This document shows positions 48,181 through 58,362 of a stretch of 64,000 nt of DNA, piece after piece. The translations under genes were made by a program, and so were the position numbers. This DNA comes from a bacterium. GTDB taxonomy: Bacteria; SAR324; XYD2-FULL-50-16; G965216635. Location: assembly GCA_965216635.1 (NCBI GenBank), contig OZ244188.1, forward strand, positions 1,376,001-1,440,000. Direction: 5' to 3'. Below the pieces are notes generated by a model. That model was not told where the DNA came from and made no database searches. It was given only the letters and a program-made list of their open reading frames with translations. Numbering within the stretch: the first letter of the stretch is position 1; each line of letters starts with the position of its first letter.

Positions 48181-48603
48181 TCAGATTTTCTGTAATCTTT
48201 TGGAGTGCCTGCCTCCTTCAAAAGTAGTATGCAACCAAGTTTCTAAAATATCAACCGCTAATTCTGCTCCAAGCAGTCTTCCTCCTAAGGTTAGGACATT
48301 AGAATTATTATGCCTACGGGACATTTTTGCTGTATAGTGGTCGTGACACAAACAAGCTCTAATTCCAGAAAAACGATTCGCAGCAATAGTAACACCTAAC
48401 CCACTACCGCAGATTAAAATTCCTTTATTTTCTTTATCTTTTAAAACTTCTGTAATTAGCAGTTTTGTTATGTCTGGGTAATCTATTTTTTCTTCACTCT
48501 TTGTTCCTAAATCTTGGAAAGCGATATTTTTTTGAGTTAAGTAATTTGTTAGCTGCTCTTTTAAAATAAAACCACCGTGGTCGCTAGCTAGGTATAAGTT
48601 CAT
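48181..48603 (-). CDS. rpiB: Ribose 5-phosphate isomerase B
   Basis: ASDHGG, DYPD, CGSG.G..IAANR, HNNSNVL.LG.R, FEGGRH. Confidence 0.96.
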   Translation of the reverse strand: MNLYLASDHGGFILKEQLTNYLTQKNIAFQDLGTKSEEKIDYPDITKLLITEVLKDKENKGILICGSGLGVTIAANRFSGIRACLCHDHYTAKMSRRHNNSNVLTLGGRLLGAELAVDILETWLHTTFEGGRHSKRLQKI

Positions 48604-48715
48604 TTTAATTGATTGATTTTTAAAAAAACTACATTAATTTATTGATTTTTATAAATACTGTATTATAATGGAATTTACAAGCAAATAAACAAAAATATAC
48701 CATTAAAGTTCTACT

Positions 48716-51442
48716 ATGAACAAATTACAATACCTAAAAGATTATAAACCTTCCTTATGGAAGATCCCATCTGTAAAACTAGATTTTTCAATTAAAACTA
48801 AAAATGTAGTTGTAACCAGCAAACTTGAAATTCAAAAGGAAGATAAAAATATAACCCAAATTGATTTGGATGGTAAAAATATTCAGTTTATATCTTTAAA
48901 AATTGATGGCAAAGAAGCATCCACTAAGAGTTACCGCGTAGATAAGAATGGACTGCATATTTTTGGTTTGAAGAAAAAAAAGCACCTTTTAACCATTAAA
49001 AATACGACTTTAGTCTATCAAAAAACAGAGCCTATGGGGCTTTACTCTTTTAACAGAGTTATTTATAGCCAATGCGAACCTGAGGGGTTTCGTAAAATTA
49101 CTTACTTTATAGATAGACCAGAAATTCAATCTAAATTTCAATGTAAAATCAGAGCTTCTAAAAAAAAATATCCTTACTTACTCTCCAACGGCAATCTCAT
49201 CCAAAAGAAAACAGTAAAGGATAATCACTGGGTGCTTTGGGAAGATAAAATACCTAAATCTTGCTATCTCTTTGCACTTGTAGCAGGTAAATTTCATTAT
49301 CAAACATCTGAATATATAAACAAGAACAATAAAATCACCAAAATAGAGATGTTTGTGCCGATAAAATACAAAAACTACTGCGATTATGCCATAAATTCTT
49401 TAAAACAGGCTATGCAATTTGATGAAGAGGTTTTTAAATTAGAATACGATTTAGATACTTATAAAATTGTAGGAGTAGAAAATTTTAATCTAGGGGCTAT
49501 GGAAAACAAAGGGCTGAATATTTTTAATATGCTTTACATTCTTGCTTCTCCAGAAATCACCACTGATGAAGATTACATTGAAATTGATAATATTATAGCT
49601 CACGAATATTTTCACAACTGGACGGGTAATAGAGTTGGCATTCAAAATTGGTTTAATCTTGCTTTAAAGGAAGGTTTAACTGTTTTTCGCGATCAAGAAT
49701 ATTCCGCTTATCGTTTTTCTAAACCCTTTCAAAGAATTAAAGATATTAGAAGATATAAAATCCAACAAGTAGAAGAAAACAAAGGACAGTTAGCCCACCC
49801 AGTACTTTTGGAATCCTACCTCAATGCAGACAATTCTTATAGCCCGAGTGTTTATCTTAAAGGAGCGGAAATTTTTAGAATGTTAATTGCTATAGCGGGA
49901 AAACCTCTTTTTAACGCTGGTTTTCAAAAATTTATCAAAGAATTCGATCAAAAAACATCTACTTTGGATCAGTTTATAGATTGTATGGAAAAAACTACCA
50001 CTAGAAAACTGGAACAATTTAAAAGATGGTACAAAAAGGTGGAAATACCGCAGCTCAAAGTTCTAGAATACTATAATTTTGAGCAAAAAATTTATACTTT
50101 ATTTTTCTTTCAAGTAGACCTGAAATTAACCCAAGAGAACAAAAAATACAATTGGAATATTTTCATAGATAAGATGAAAAAAAACCTTGCAAACTTGAAA
50201 GAAAATGACGGCATTACTGCCTATCAACTCCAACAATTCCCTTTAGTAAAAGAGCCACTACATATTCCTATAGAAATAGCCTTTTTGGATAGAAACAGCT
50301 CAGAGATGCTTTTTGTAGATATATCAAAAAACAAGCAGACCAAGATACTACAAATCAAAAGCTCTTACCAACAATTTAGCTTTTATGATGTTCCTCAAAA
50401 GCCTCTTCCTTCATTCAATAGAAATTTCACAACACCTGTAGAAATAGATTTTCCCTATTCCAGCAATGATTTTTCTGTTATTGCCAATACGGAGACTGAC
50501 GAGTATTCCCGTTGGGAAGCTAGCAATAAAATTTTTATAGAAGTTATCCGTCAGCAGATAGACAGATACCTAGAAGATAAGGTGCTTTTTTTAAATGATG
50601 AGTTGGTTATTAATTTCCAAAAAAATATCACCAGTTCTTCTTTGGAACAACCTTTTGTCTATCATATTCTGCAATTACCCCGAGAAAAAGAGATCCTAAA
50701 CAGCTTAAAAACAAAGAACACGGATGCTATTCACGTCGTCAGAAATTATATCGTCAATGCTCTTGCCCAAAAATTAGAAAATAATTTTTATACCCTTTAT
50801 CAACAAAACGAATTGCAATTTGATTTTAGTTTAGAAAAAACAGAAATGTTTAAACGAATGATTCGCAATATAACGCTTTACTACATTGCAAGAACATCCG
50901 AAACAAACAAAGGGATTGATTTTGTCTATAAGCACTATCAAGAAAGTAAATGTTTAAGTGATACAATGGGAGCTTTGCAGTCTATTAACGACTTAGATTC
51001 TCCTAAAAGAGAAGAGTTGATCAAAGATGCTTTCAAAAAATACAAAAAAAATGAGATTTTACTTTGCAAATGGTTTTCTCTGCAAGCTACTTCTGCTCGT
51101 CTAAAAACATTAGATAAGATGGAAGAGCTTGTAAAAAATACGGCTTTTAATTTGAAAAAAAGTAATCTGGTTTATGCTTTATTGGTCTCTTTTGCTTTCA
51201 ATAACCCCTATTGTTTTCATCATATTAGCGGTAGAGGATATAGTTTTATTACAAAATATATTATCAAACTAGACAATATCAATCCACCTTTAGCTTCTCG
51301 TTTGGCAACAGCTTTTTCTCAAAGCGGTAGTTTCGGTGCCATTCGCAAAAATAAAATTCAAAAATCTTTAGAGCAGATTTTAGCAAAGAATAAGTTGTCT
51401 TCTAATTTATTAGAAGTTGCGCGAAAAATCTTTGAAGGATGA
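48716..51442 (+). CDS. pepN: Aminopeptidase N
   Basis: QCEPEGFRKIT, GAMENKGLN, HEYFHNWTGNRV, LKEGLTVFRDQE. Confidence 0.95.
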   Translation: MNKLQYLKDYKPSLWKIPSVKLDFSIKTKNVVVTSKLEIQKEDKNITQIDLDGKNIQFISLKIDGKEASTKSYRVDKNGLHIFGLKKKKHLLTIKNTTLVYQKTEPMGLYSFNRVIYSQCEPEGFRKITYFIDRPEIQSKFQCKIRASKKKYPYLLSNGNLIQKKTVKDNHWVLWEDKIPKSCYLFALVAGKFHYQTSEYINKNNKITKIEMFVPIKYKNYCDYAINSLKQAMQFDEEVFKLEYDLDTYKIVGVENFNLGAMENKGLNIFNMLYILASPEITTDEDYIEIDNIIAHEYFHNWTGNRVGIQNWFNLALKEGLTVFRDQEYSAYRFSKPFQRIKDIRRYKIQQVEENKGQLAHPVLLESYLNADNSYSPSVYLKGAEIFRMLIAIAGKPLFNAGFQKFIKEFDQKTSTLDQFIDCMEKTTTRKLEQFKRWYKKVEIPQLKVLEYYNFEQKIYTLFFFQVDLKLTQENKKYNWNIFIDKMKKNLANLKENDGITAYQLQQFPLVKEPLHIPIEIAFLDRNSSEMLFVDISKNKQTKILQIKSSYQQFSFYDVPQKPLPSFNRNFTTPVEIDFPYSSNDFSVIANTETDEYSRWEASNKIFIEVIRQQIDRYLEDKVLFLNDELVINFQKNITSSSLEQPFVYHILQLPREKEILNSLKTKNTDAIHVVRNYIVNALAQKLENNFYTLYQQNELQFDFSLEKTEMFKRMIRNITLYYIARTSETNKGIDFVYKHYQESKCLSDTMGALQSINDLDSPKREELIKDAFKKYKKNEILLCKWFSLQATSARLKTLDKMEELVKNTAFNLKKSNLVYALLVSFAFNNPYCFHHISGRGYSFITKYIIKLDNINPPLASRLATAFSQSGSFGAIRKNKIQKSLEQILAKNKLSSNLLEVARKIFEG

Positions 51443-52362
51443 TTTCTATGGAATTCACAAATTCATCACACCAAATAAGACTCAATGAAATTAAAGATGC
51501 TTCTAAAGCCAAAGAGACCAAAAGAGCTATTGAAAAACATTGGAGAAAATATCAAAAATGGGGCGAGCTAAAGAGACTGAATACATTTCCTTCTAGTAGT
51601 GAAACATTAGAAAAATACTTGCTCTTTTTGAAAGACGAAAATCGCAAAATAACTACTATAGAACAAGCTAAATGGGCTATTAATAGTAAACATAAATTTC
51701 ATCACCTGCCAGAACCTGCCAATTCCGAAAATATTAGAGTTATTATAAAGGGTTTGAGGAGAATTTTAGGAATGAAAAAAAATAAAAAACAGGCTTTAAC
51801 AATAGAGCATATCGCTAGTATCCAGTTTCCCGATAGTCTTATTGGTCTGAGAGATAAAGCCTTGCTTTTAATAGGTTTTGCCGGAGGTTTGAGAAGAACG
51901 GAATTGAGTAATCTAGACTGTAACGATTTGGAATGGGAAAATTTCGGGGTACGTCTTTATTTGAGAAAAAGCAAAACTAACCAAGAGGGAAGAGAGGAAT
52001 TTATTAATATAATGTCTGCTAAAAACAAACAATGTTGCCCTGTAGAATTACTCAAGCAGTGGCTAGCCGAATCTAAAATTTTGCAGGGAGCTTTGTTTCT
52101 CAATATCAATAAAGCTGGTGTTCCGCAGAGTCGTATTTCTACTGTAACTATTGGAGAAAAAGTAAAATGGGCAGCTAAACAGTGCGGATTTGATAGTAGA
52201 AATTTTGGAGGACATTCGCTTCGTTCTGGTTGTGCAACTTATCTTTTAAAGAAAAAAATTGCTTTAAATATAGTCTCTAAACACTTGCGGCATAAAAGAT
52301 TAGATACCACTTTACAGTACGATAGAAATACAACATCAGAAACTCTAAAAGGTGTCTACTAA
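51439..52362 (+). CDS. Tyrosine recombinase/integrase (Cre-like)
   Basis: RDKALL.GFAGGLRRTEL (R), SKTNQ (K), HSLRSG (HxxR), RH, LQY (Y). Confidence 0.9.
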   Translation: MISMEFTNSSHQIRLNEIKDASKAKETKRAIEKHWRKYQKWGELKRLNTFPSSSETLEKYLLFLKDENRKITTIEQAKWAINSKHKFHHLPEPANSENIRVIIKGLRRILGMKKNKKQALTIEHIASIQFPDSLIGLRDKALLLIGFAGGLRRTELSNLDCNDLEWENFGVRLYLRKSKTNQEGREEFINIMSAKNKQCCPVELLKQWLAESKILQGALFLNINKAGVPQSRISTVTIGEKVKWAAKQCGFDSRNFGGHSLRSGCATYLLKKKIALNIVSKHLRHKRLDTTLQYDRNTTSETLKGVY

Positions 52363-52990
52363 TTCTTACCCAAAGCCTACTTATTGGAAACAAGCTCTAA
52401 ATGAGTTAAGCCAAAAAGATAAAATTTTAGCAAAAATTATAGCTAATAATTCCAAACAAAAATTGACGAGCAAAGGAGATGCTTTTTTGACTTTAGTTCG
52501 CTCTGTTGTAGGACAACAAATATCTATTCAAGCTGCAGCTTCTATTTGGCAAAAAATGGAATCTTCTGTATCAAAAGTCGCCTATAAAAATTTCTTGCGT
52601 CTTTCTTTAGAAAAAATGGCTTCTTTTGGACTTTCCAAACAAAAGGTGTCCTATATTCAAAATATAGCCGAGCATTTTCAAAAAAATAAAATCAATAATT
52701 CCTATTACTGGCAAGGAAGAGATTACAAAAATATTTTTGACGAGCTCGTGCAAATTAAAGGAATAGGTCCTTGGACAATAGAAATGTTTGCTATTTTTTA
52801 TTTACTAGAACCAGATATTTTTCCGATAAAAGACTTAGGTATAATGCGGGCTATGAATAATCTCTATAATAAAGGAAAGCCTTTAGAAGTAGAACAAGTT
52901 TTAGCAATTTCAAAGAAATGGAAACCTTGGAGAACAGTGGCTTCTTTTTTTATGTGGAACTCTATTGATTCGGATATTGTGGATTATTAG
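52352..52990 (+). CDS. DNA-3-methyladenine glycosylase II (AlkA-like)
   Basis: VGQQIS..AA, IKGIGPWT.EM, P..DLG, WKPWRTVA. Confidence 0.9.
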   Translation: MSTNSYPKPTYWKQALNELSQKDKILAKIIANNSKQKLTSKGDAFLTLVRSVVGQQISIQAAASIWQKMESSVSKVAYKNFLRLSLEKMASFGLSKQKVSYIQNIAEHFQKNKINNSYYWQGRDYKNIFDELVQIKGIGPWTIEMFAIFYLLEPDIFPIKDLGIMRAMNNLYNKGKPLEVEQVLAISKKWKPWRTVASFFMWNSIDSDIVDY

Positions 52991-53073
52991 AAATATTTGG
53001 AGAAAAAAGTATTTAATTTTCAAATTTTTTATTGTATAAAATAGGTATTTACTTTAATCAATCTCTTAAAATA

Positions 53074-53346
53074 ATGAAAAAACAAAAAACAATATCGGAT
53101 AAATGGCACGAATTAATAGATATTGAGGATACTTCTACGAGAAAAAATGACTGGAATACGGATTTTAAGATGCCGTCAGTAGAAAGGTATGTACGTTTGA
53201 AATCGGATAATCGCACCCATACGATAAAAGGAAAAGGATATGTTATATCGGATAACCGCACCTACATGCTAAAAGGAAAAGGACACGTCCAATCTGATAA
53301 CCGCACTTATATAATAAAAGAAAAGGAATATGCCGAATCGGAATGA
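53074..53346 (+). CDS. Small hypothetical protein with three 15-aa repeats
   Basis: SDNRT(H/Y)..KGKG x3 (45-bp units from 53203); overlaps the next gene. Confidence 0.5.
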   Translation: MKKQKTISDKWHELIDIEDTSTRKNDWNTDFKMPSVERYVRLKSDNRTHTIKGKGYVISDNRTYMLKGKGHVQSDNRTYIIKEKEYAESE

Positions 53347-54214
53347 TATACTAGATGAGATCAAAAAAGAAGAAAATCCTTTAAGCCCTTTAGATAGAGT
53401 AAGGATAAAGTATCTTCAAAAATTATCAAAATACACAAAAAGAAATATTATTACCTATTATTCTGGGTTCTTTAAGAATGTAGGCACTGCAGATATCTCT
53501 ATCAATTATGAAGATAAAAATGGTTTTATGGCTGTTATTTATCAGATGGACAAAAAAAGAGGTTTAGACCTTATTTTGCATACACTGGGCGGTAATGTTG
53601 CTGCCACAGAATCGTTAGTGTATTATTTAAAAAGTATATTTGGTAATAATATTCGCGCTATTATTCCTCAAATTGCTATGTCGGCTGGAACAATGATTGC
53701 CTGTAGTTGCAAAAGTATTGTAATGGGTAAGCATTCTAACCTTGGCCCTATAGACCCACAGCTAAATGGAATACCAGTTGCAGGAGTAAAAAGAGAGTTT
53801 GAAAAAGCTTACAAAGAAATTAAAGAAGATCCTGTAAAGATAGAAGTGTGGCGTCCAATTTTAGAAAAATATTCTCCTACATTTTTAGAGCAATGCGGAT
53901 TGGCTGTTGAGAGATCTAAGGTTTTTACTGAGGAAAGTCTAAAAGAAAATATGCTGGTAAATACTCCTGAAAAGGCTACTAATATTGTTAAAGAATTGTC
54001 TGATTTTGAAAAAAACAAAGCCCACGATAAACATTTTCATATAGATGATTGTCAAAAAATGGGACTAACAATTGAATCATTAGAAGAAAACAATGCATTA
54101 CAAGATGCAGTTCTTTCTGTCCACCATTGCTATATGCACACCTTTAGCAATACAAATGCTGTAAAAATCATTGAAAACCAAGAAGGAAAATCATTTATAA
54201 AGACAATTTCTTAG
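53330..54214 (+). CDS. ClpP-fold (SDH/S49-like) serine protease
   Basis: GLDLILHT.GG, AMSAGTMIA, SNLGPIDPQ. Confidence 0.88.
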   Translation: MPNRNDILDEIKKEENPLSPLDRVRIKYLQKLSKYTKRNIITYYSGFFKNVGTADISINYEDKNGFMAVIYQMDKKRGLDLILHTLGGNVAATESLVYYLKSIFGNNIRAIIPQIAMSAGTMIACSCKSIVMGKHSNLGPIDPQLNGIPVAGVKREFEKAYKEIKEDPVKIEVWRPILEKYSPTFLEQCGLAVERSKVFTEESLKENMLVNTPEKATNIVKELSDFEKNKAHDKHFHIDDCQKMGLTIESLEENNALQDAVLSVHHCYMHTFSNTNAVKIIENQEGKSFIKTIS

Positions 54215-54242
54215 CAATATTGTTTCTTTTTAAAACAAATCT

Positions 54243-54638
54243 TTAATCCTTTTTTTTCCACCAAAAAGTATTATCTTCAATCGGATCATAATATCTCCTT
54301 ACTCCATAAAGATAAATGTAGGAGCCGTAGTGTTGGTCTGCTTCGTGGAATAGTCTATCTCCAATTAAAAGAATGCCTGTTAAGATACCTTCTTGCTGAA
54401 TAGCTTGGTAGCCGTAGGCGGAGCCCGTCGGATAACTCAAACTTCGTGCACCATCTGCGGGGCTAATTACTCTGGAATAGAATAAAACTAAACTTCCAAA
54501 AACCGTTTTATTTATATTTGTCTCTAGGTAGCTTCTTTTTTTTATATTAGCTGGTTTGCGAAAAGGAGCTTTCATATTTGCCAAGGCAGAAGTAAGCGAA
54601 AAACATATCAAAACCAGAAAAATAAAAAATTTATTCAT
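54243..54638 (-). CDS. YidD-like (membrane protein insertion efficiency factor-like) protein
   Basis: FYSRVISPADG...YPT.S.YG..AI...G...G.L...DRL. Confidence 0.65.
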   Translation of the reverse strand: MNKFFIFLVLICFSLTSALANMKAPFRKPANIKKRSYLETNINKTVFGSLVLFYSRVISPADGARSLSYPTGSAYGYQAIQQEGILTGILLIGDRLFHEADQHYGSYIYLYGVRRYYDPIEDNTFWWKKKD

Positions 54639-54927
54639 CAGATTCTCGAGCTGGAGGGAAAAAAATCATCACCTCGTTTTCTGCGAGGTAGAGTAATTTA
54701 TTTTTGATTTCATACTCATAATAGGCTCCTTCATTTTTTAAGGCTTGCAGTTTATGAAATAATAATCTTTTGCCTAATTCTTGTTCTTTAATTTGGAGGT
54801 CTAGTTGCTCTTTTTTTTTTACTAGCTTGGCGTAACTAATTAAACCTTTATCTCCAAAAACTAGAAAAAACAAAATCAAACAGTACAAAAAAACTATAGC
54901 ATAGCTGAATAACAAAAATCCTCTCAT
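54631..54927 (-). CDS. FtsB/DivIC-like septum formation initiator
   Basis: TM helix, FGDKG motif, coiled coil, ENE. Confidence 0.7.
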   Translation of the reverse strand: MRGFLLFSYAIVFLYCLILFFLVFGDKGLISYAKLVKKKEQLDLQIKEQELGKRLLFHKLQALKNEGAYYEYEIKNKLLYLAENEVMIFFPPARESDE

Positions 54928-55364
54928 TGATTAAAGTGAAGTTTTGTAGGATCGGTTAAATCTATTTCTCTATAAAAGCAACTTTCTCTATTTTTGCCAC
55001 TAGAATTTAAAGTATGGCAAATTCCGTGTTTGTTTTTTTTTACAAAAAAAAGTAGACTATTTTGTTCGCAGTTAACTTTAATTTTTGTGATTTGAAATTT
55101 ATTACCAGAAGTAGCTCCTTTTACCCATAGCTCATTCCTAGTAGTGCTCCAAAGAGTTAAAATTTTTGTCGTTAAAGATTTAGCTAAGGCTTCTTGATTG
55201 ATATAGGCTAAAAGTAAGACTTCTTTGCTGATTTCATCTTGCACAACAACGGGCAGTAAGTTATTTAATGGCAAGCTAGCTATTTTAGATAAATCCCATT
55301 TTTTACAATTCCATCTTTTAAAGTCTAGGGTGAGTTGTTTTGTTTTTTCAATATTTTGCATCAT
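54924..55364 (-). CDS. hisI: Phosphoribosyl-AMP cyclohydrolase
   Basis: PVVVQD, WSTTRNELWVKGATSG, NCEQNSLL, CHT...SCFYR. Confidence 0.92.
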   Translation of the reverse strand: MMQNIEKTKQLTLDFKRWNCKKWDLSKIASLPLNNLLPVVVQDEISKEVLLLAYINQEALAKSLTTKILTLWSTTRNELWVKGATSGNKFQITKIKVNCEQNSLLFFVKKNKHGICHTLNSSGKNRESCFYREIDLTDPTKLHFNQ

Positions 55365-55365
55365 T

Positions 55366-55935
55366 ATGAATATATTAGTTATCTCAGAAAATCAACTTCC
55401 TCGCTTTATAGAAGAATTTTTTGAACAAACCAAAGACAACACATTTACAGCTAGAGGTAGTATTCAATGTCAGTTTATATTAAATACAAAAAAAATTCAG
55501 CGGATATTCTTTTTTTATACCAGAGCTACCCAAAAAATAGAAAATGATATTATCCAAGTTATCAATAAAAAATCAATTCCTGTGGTTTTATTTCTTGAGA
55601 CGCAAGAAGAAAACTTCTCTTTTCAAAAATCTAGTATTGCGCAACATTATTGTGATATTTTTCTAGACGAACCGCAAACCAAAATTTTAGATAAAATACT
55701 CTTTTTTCTCCAACCCATTACTGATACAGCAACTGATACGACAATGGTAAAAAAAACAAGCAATTATCTTTTTAAAAATTACTTTGCTAAATTTACCAAG
55801 AAAAAATTTGCTACTCAAAAAACTAATCCCCAGCTTCCTCTTGCTTCTTATCTGGAAGTTTCTAATGCCGAAAAAGAAGTATTGCTGAAAAACTTAAGCG
55901 AAACAAGCAAGAAAAAAATCAAAGACTTGTTTTAG
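55366..55935 (+). CDS. Hypothetical protein
   Basis: Start likely ATG55366 (MNILVISEN); the ORF-track extension overlaps hisI. Confidence 0.55.
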   Translation: MNILVISENQLPRFIEEFFEQTKDNTFTARGSIQCQFILNTKKIQRIFFFYTRATQKIENDIIQVINKKSIPVVLFLETQEENFSFQKSSIAQHYCDIFLDEPQTKILDKILFFLQPITDTATDTTMVKKTSNYLFKNYFAKFTKKKFATQKTNPQLPLASYLEVSNAEKEVLLKNLSETSKKKIKDLF

Positions 55936-56705
55936 TTGGTTTTTGTGATTAAATCTGTGTGAGATAATTTTAGACCTACAAGATTACTATCGGTTGGTAT
56001 TACTTCACTACTAAAGTTATAAACTGTTTCTGCTATAATCGTTTCAAAAATAATTTTCTGCCCAGCATTGAGAACATAGTCTTCTTTTTCAATTTGTGGA
56101 TAACTCACTAAAAAATAAGATTCGTAGTTTTCTATTACTTTTGTCTCAAAGGAAATATTATAAGAAGAATCAGGGATGGATGCTTTTAAAATACACCCGT
56201 TGTGTAGCTGTTGCGTTCTTACAAAGGATGCCTCAGGGTTGATGGTAGTAAATTGTAACTTGTGTCTGATTTGTGAAAGATCATTTTCTTCTGTGGTAGC
56301 AAGGTTTTCTTTTTTTGTATATTCGCCAAGTAGTTTTTCAAAGTAATTAATATTTTCAAAAAAAAGTTTAGGATTCTTCTCGTTAGCGATAATTTTGGTA
56401 ATCAAGGGGGTAAAGCTTTCGTTAATACCGTGGGTTTTGACTAAATCAGATATTGTCTCTTTGTTTTTTGCCAATAAACCACCCAGTAAAGCAGATAAAT
56501 TTTTTCTCAAAAAGAGTAAGTAGACGAACAACACAAAACACAAAAGGGCACCGCTGCTCCAAATATAGATCCGAGTTTCTTTTGTAAAATAAGACCAAAA
56601 TTCTAAAGATACTAACCAATCCATAGGATCCGTAAATATTGGTTTTGTGTTTTCTAGCAGTTTTTGAAAAAATTCTTCTACTGAGAGATATATTTGTTTA
56701 ATCAT
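55932..56705 (-). CDS. Membrane-anchored hypothetical protein, possible PilZN/flagellar-brake-like C-domain
   Basis: N-terminal TM; C-terminal beta-rich segment (FETKVIE...LVSYP...YNFSSEV). Confidence 0.45.
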   Translation of the reverse strand: MIKQIYLSVEEFFQKLLENTKPIFTDPMDWLVSLEFWSYFTKETRIYIWSSGALLCFVLFVYLLFLRKNLSALLGGLLAKNKETISDLVKTHGINESFTPLITKIIANEKNPKLFFENINYFEKLLGEYTKKENLATTEENDLSQIRHKLQFTTINPEASFVRTQQLHNGCILKASIPDSSYNISFETKVIENYESYFLVSYPQIEKEDYVLNAGQKIIFETIIAETVYNFSSEVIPTDSNLVGLKLSHTDLITKTN

Positions 56706-56706
56706 A

Positions 56707-58263
56707 TTATTTTGTGAATTCAGTTAGTATATTTTCATCTTTTTTAAAATAAGTATCTTGCTCTTGGGATAAAAATTTTTCAGAAGAAGCAGTTTCATCG
56801 CTTAAGGTGTTTTTTAGAGCTTGTGCTATCTCAAACAAAATAGAGCATTCGTCTTTACCCGCAATGGGGAGTATAGCGGGATTGTTTTGTTGTACAATAC
56901 CATGTTTATTTGTAAATGTCCCTTTTTTTTCTAAATGAGTCTGAGTGGGTATTACTAAATGAGCCTTGGTAGTCAAGATTGTTTCCAAGGAACTTAGATA
57001 TAAAACAAAGGGTATAGCATTTAATAAATCTAAAAACCAGTCCTGTAGCATTCCATTTTCTAAAACCATCAGAAAATCAATCTTTTTTTTGCTTGTTTGC
57101 AGTTTTTTAAAATCGGGTTGATTGGCTATGTCTATTTTTTCTAGTCCTGCAGAATTAGGAGATCTGTCGTTCATAAAAAGCGTTTTAATAAATTTTTCAT
57201 TTTTTTTATGAGGATGTTCTTTGGGTTTTTCTGGTATGTAAATTTCTGCTTTGTTTAAAAAATTATTACAAAAATCTTTGAGTGCTTGTATTTCTTCATT
57301 GGTAGATTGATTAGAAGCTATAACTACTATTCTGGAATCTGGTTTCAATTTTTGAATTTTTTCTTTGATAATTTCTACTGCTTTTTGCCAAGTGGTGGTT
57401 TCTTTTTTCCATAAATAATTTAGTTGTCTTTGTTGTTTGTTCACCAATTTATGAAAACTTAATCTGCCGTGATCACACATCCACCATTTATTAATTGCCA
57501 TATTCTCCCTAGGCAAAAAACGATAAACCTGTCCTTTATAGTAAGAGATATTAATATTGCAACCTGTGGAACATCCTGCGCAAACAGAAGCTACTTTTTT
57601 CTCCAACCACACTCTATTCTTAAAACGAAAATCTTTTGTAGTAATAGCTCCTACTGGACAAATATCAGCTAAATTTCCTTGAAAATTATCAAACAACGGA
57701 TGGTCAACGAAAGTGTCTACTGTAAGTTGGTAGTTTCTACCAAATACTCCTATTTCGTGAGTGCCGGTAATTTCTTGTGTGAAACGCACGCAGCGGGTAC
57801 AGTGAATACAGCGGTTTCTTTCTAGTTGTAAAAAACTTCCTATATCTCGGAAACCATAAACCCTTTTTTCGTGATTTACTATAGATTTACCTGTGCCATA
57901 CTTAAAGGAAAAATCCTGTAGCTCGCACTCTCCTGATTGATCACAAATAGCACAATCTAAAGGATGGTTGACGAGCAAAAACTCCATAATTGCGTGTCTC
58001 GCAGATTTCACTTTATCATTTTTTGTGACTATCTTCATCCCTTCCACTACAGCTGTAGAGCAAGCTGTTTGTAGTTTCGGTATAGCTTTTCCGTTACCTG
58101 CATCTACTACATCTACAAGACACATCCTACAGGTAGCTACTCTACTCATGGATTCGTGGGCGCAGTAATGCGGTATAAACTTTTTTTCTCTTAAAGCAGC
58201 TCTTAGAATATCATCTCCTTTTTGAAAGGGGATTTTTTTATTGTCTAGTATAAATTCTGCCAT
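56707..58263 (-). CDS. nuoG: NADH:quinone oxidoreductase subunit G
   Basis: IPHYC.H......CRMCLV, NHPLDC.ICDQ.GECELQ, RCIHCTRCVRF, CPVGA; ATG58263 chosen as start. Confidence 0.92.
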   Translation of the reverse strand: MAEFILDNKKIPFQKGDDILRAALREKKFIPHYCAHESMSRVATCRMCLVDVVDAGNGKAIPKLQTACSTAVVEGMKIVTKNDKVKSARHAIMEFLLVNHPLDCAICDQSGECELQDFSFKYGTGKSIVNHEKRVYGFRDIGSFLQLERNRCIHCTRCVRFTQEITGTHEIGVFGRNYQLTVDTFVDHPLFDNFQGNLADICPVGAITTKDFRFKNRVWLEKKVASVCAGCSTGCNINISYYKGQVYRFLPRENMAINKWWMCDHGRLSFHKLVNKQQRQLNYLWKKETTTWQKAVEIIKEKIQKLKPDSRIVVIASNQSTNEEIQALKDFCNNFLNKAEIYIPEKPKEHPHKKNEKFIKTLFMNDRSPNSAGLEKIDIANQPDFKKLQTSKKKIDFLMVLENGMLQDWFLDLLNAIPFVLYLSSLETILTTKAHLVIPTQTHLEKKGTFTNKHGIVQQNNPAILPIAGKDECSILFEIAQALKNTLSDETASSEKFLSQEQDTYFKKDENILTEFTK

Positions 58264-58362
58264 CTTTTTGTTTCTAAAATAAGACCGTTGCATAGGCTAT
58301 AAAAACAAACCGCGCCTAAACCCAGCAAATTGCAATGGTCTTAAAATTATTTTAGCGGATTT

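Noticed and set aside
51439..54214. Prophage
   Set aside because: No structural, terminase or replication genes, and the flanks are housekeeping genes.
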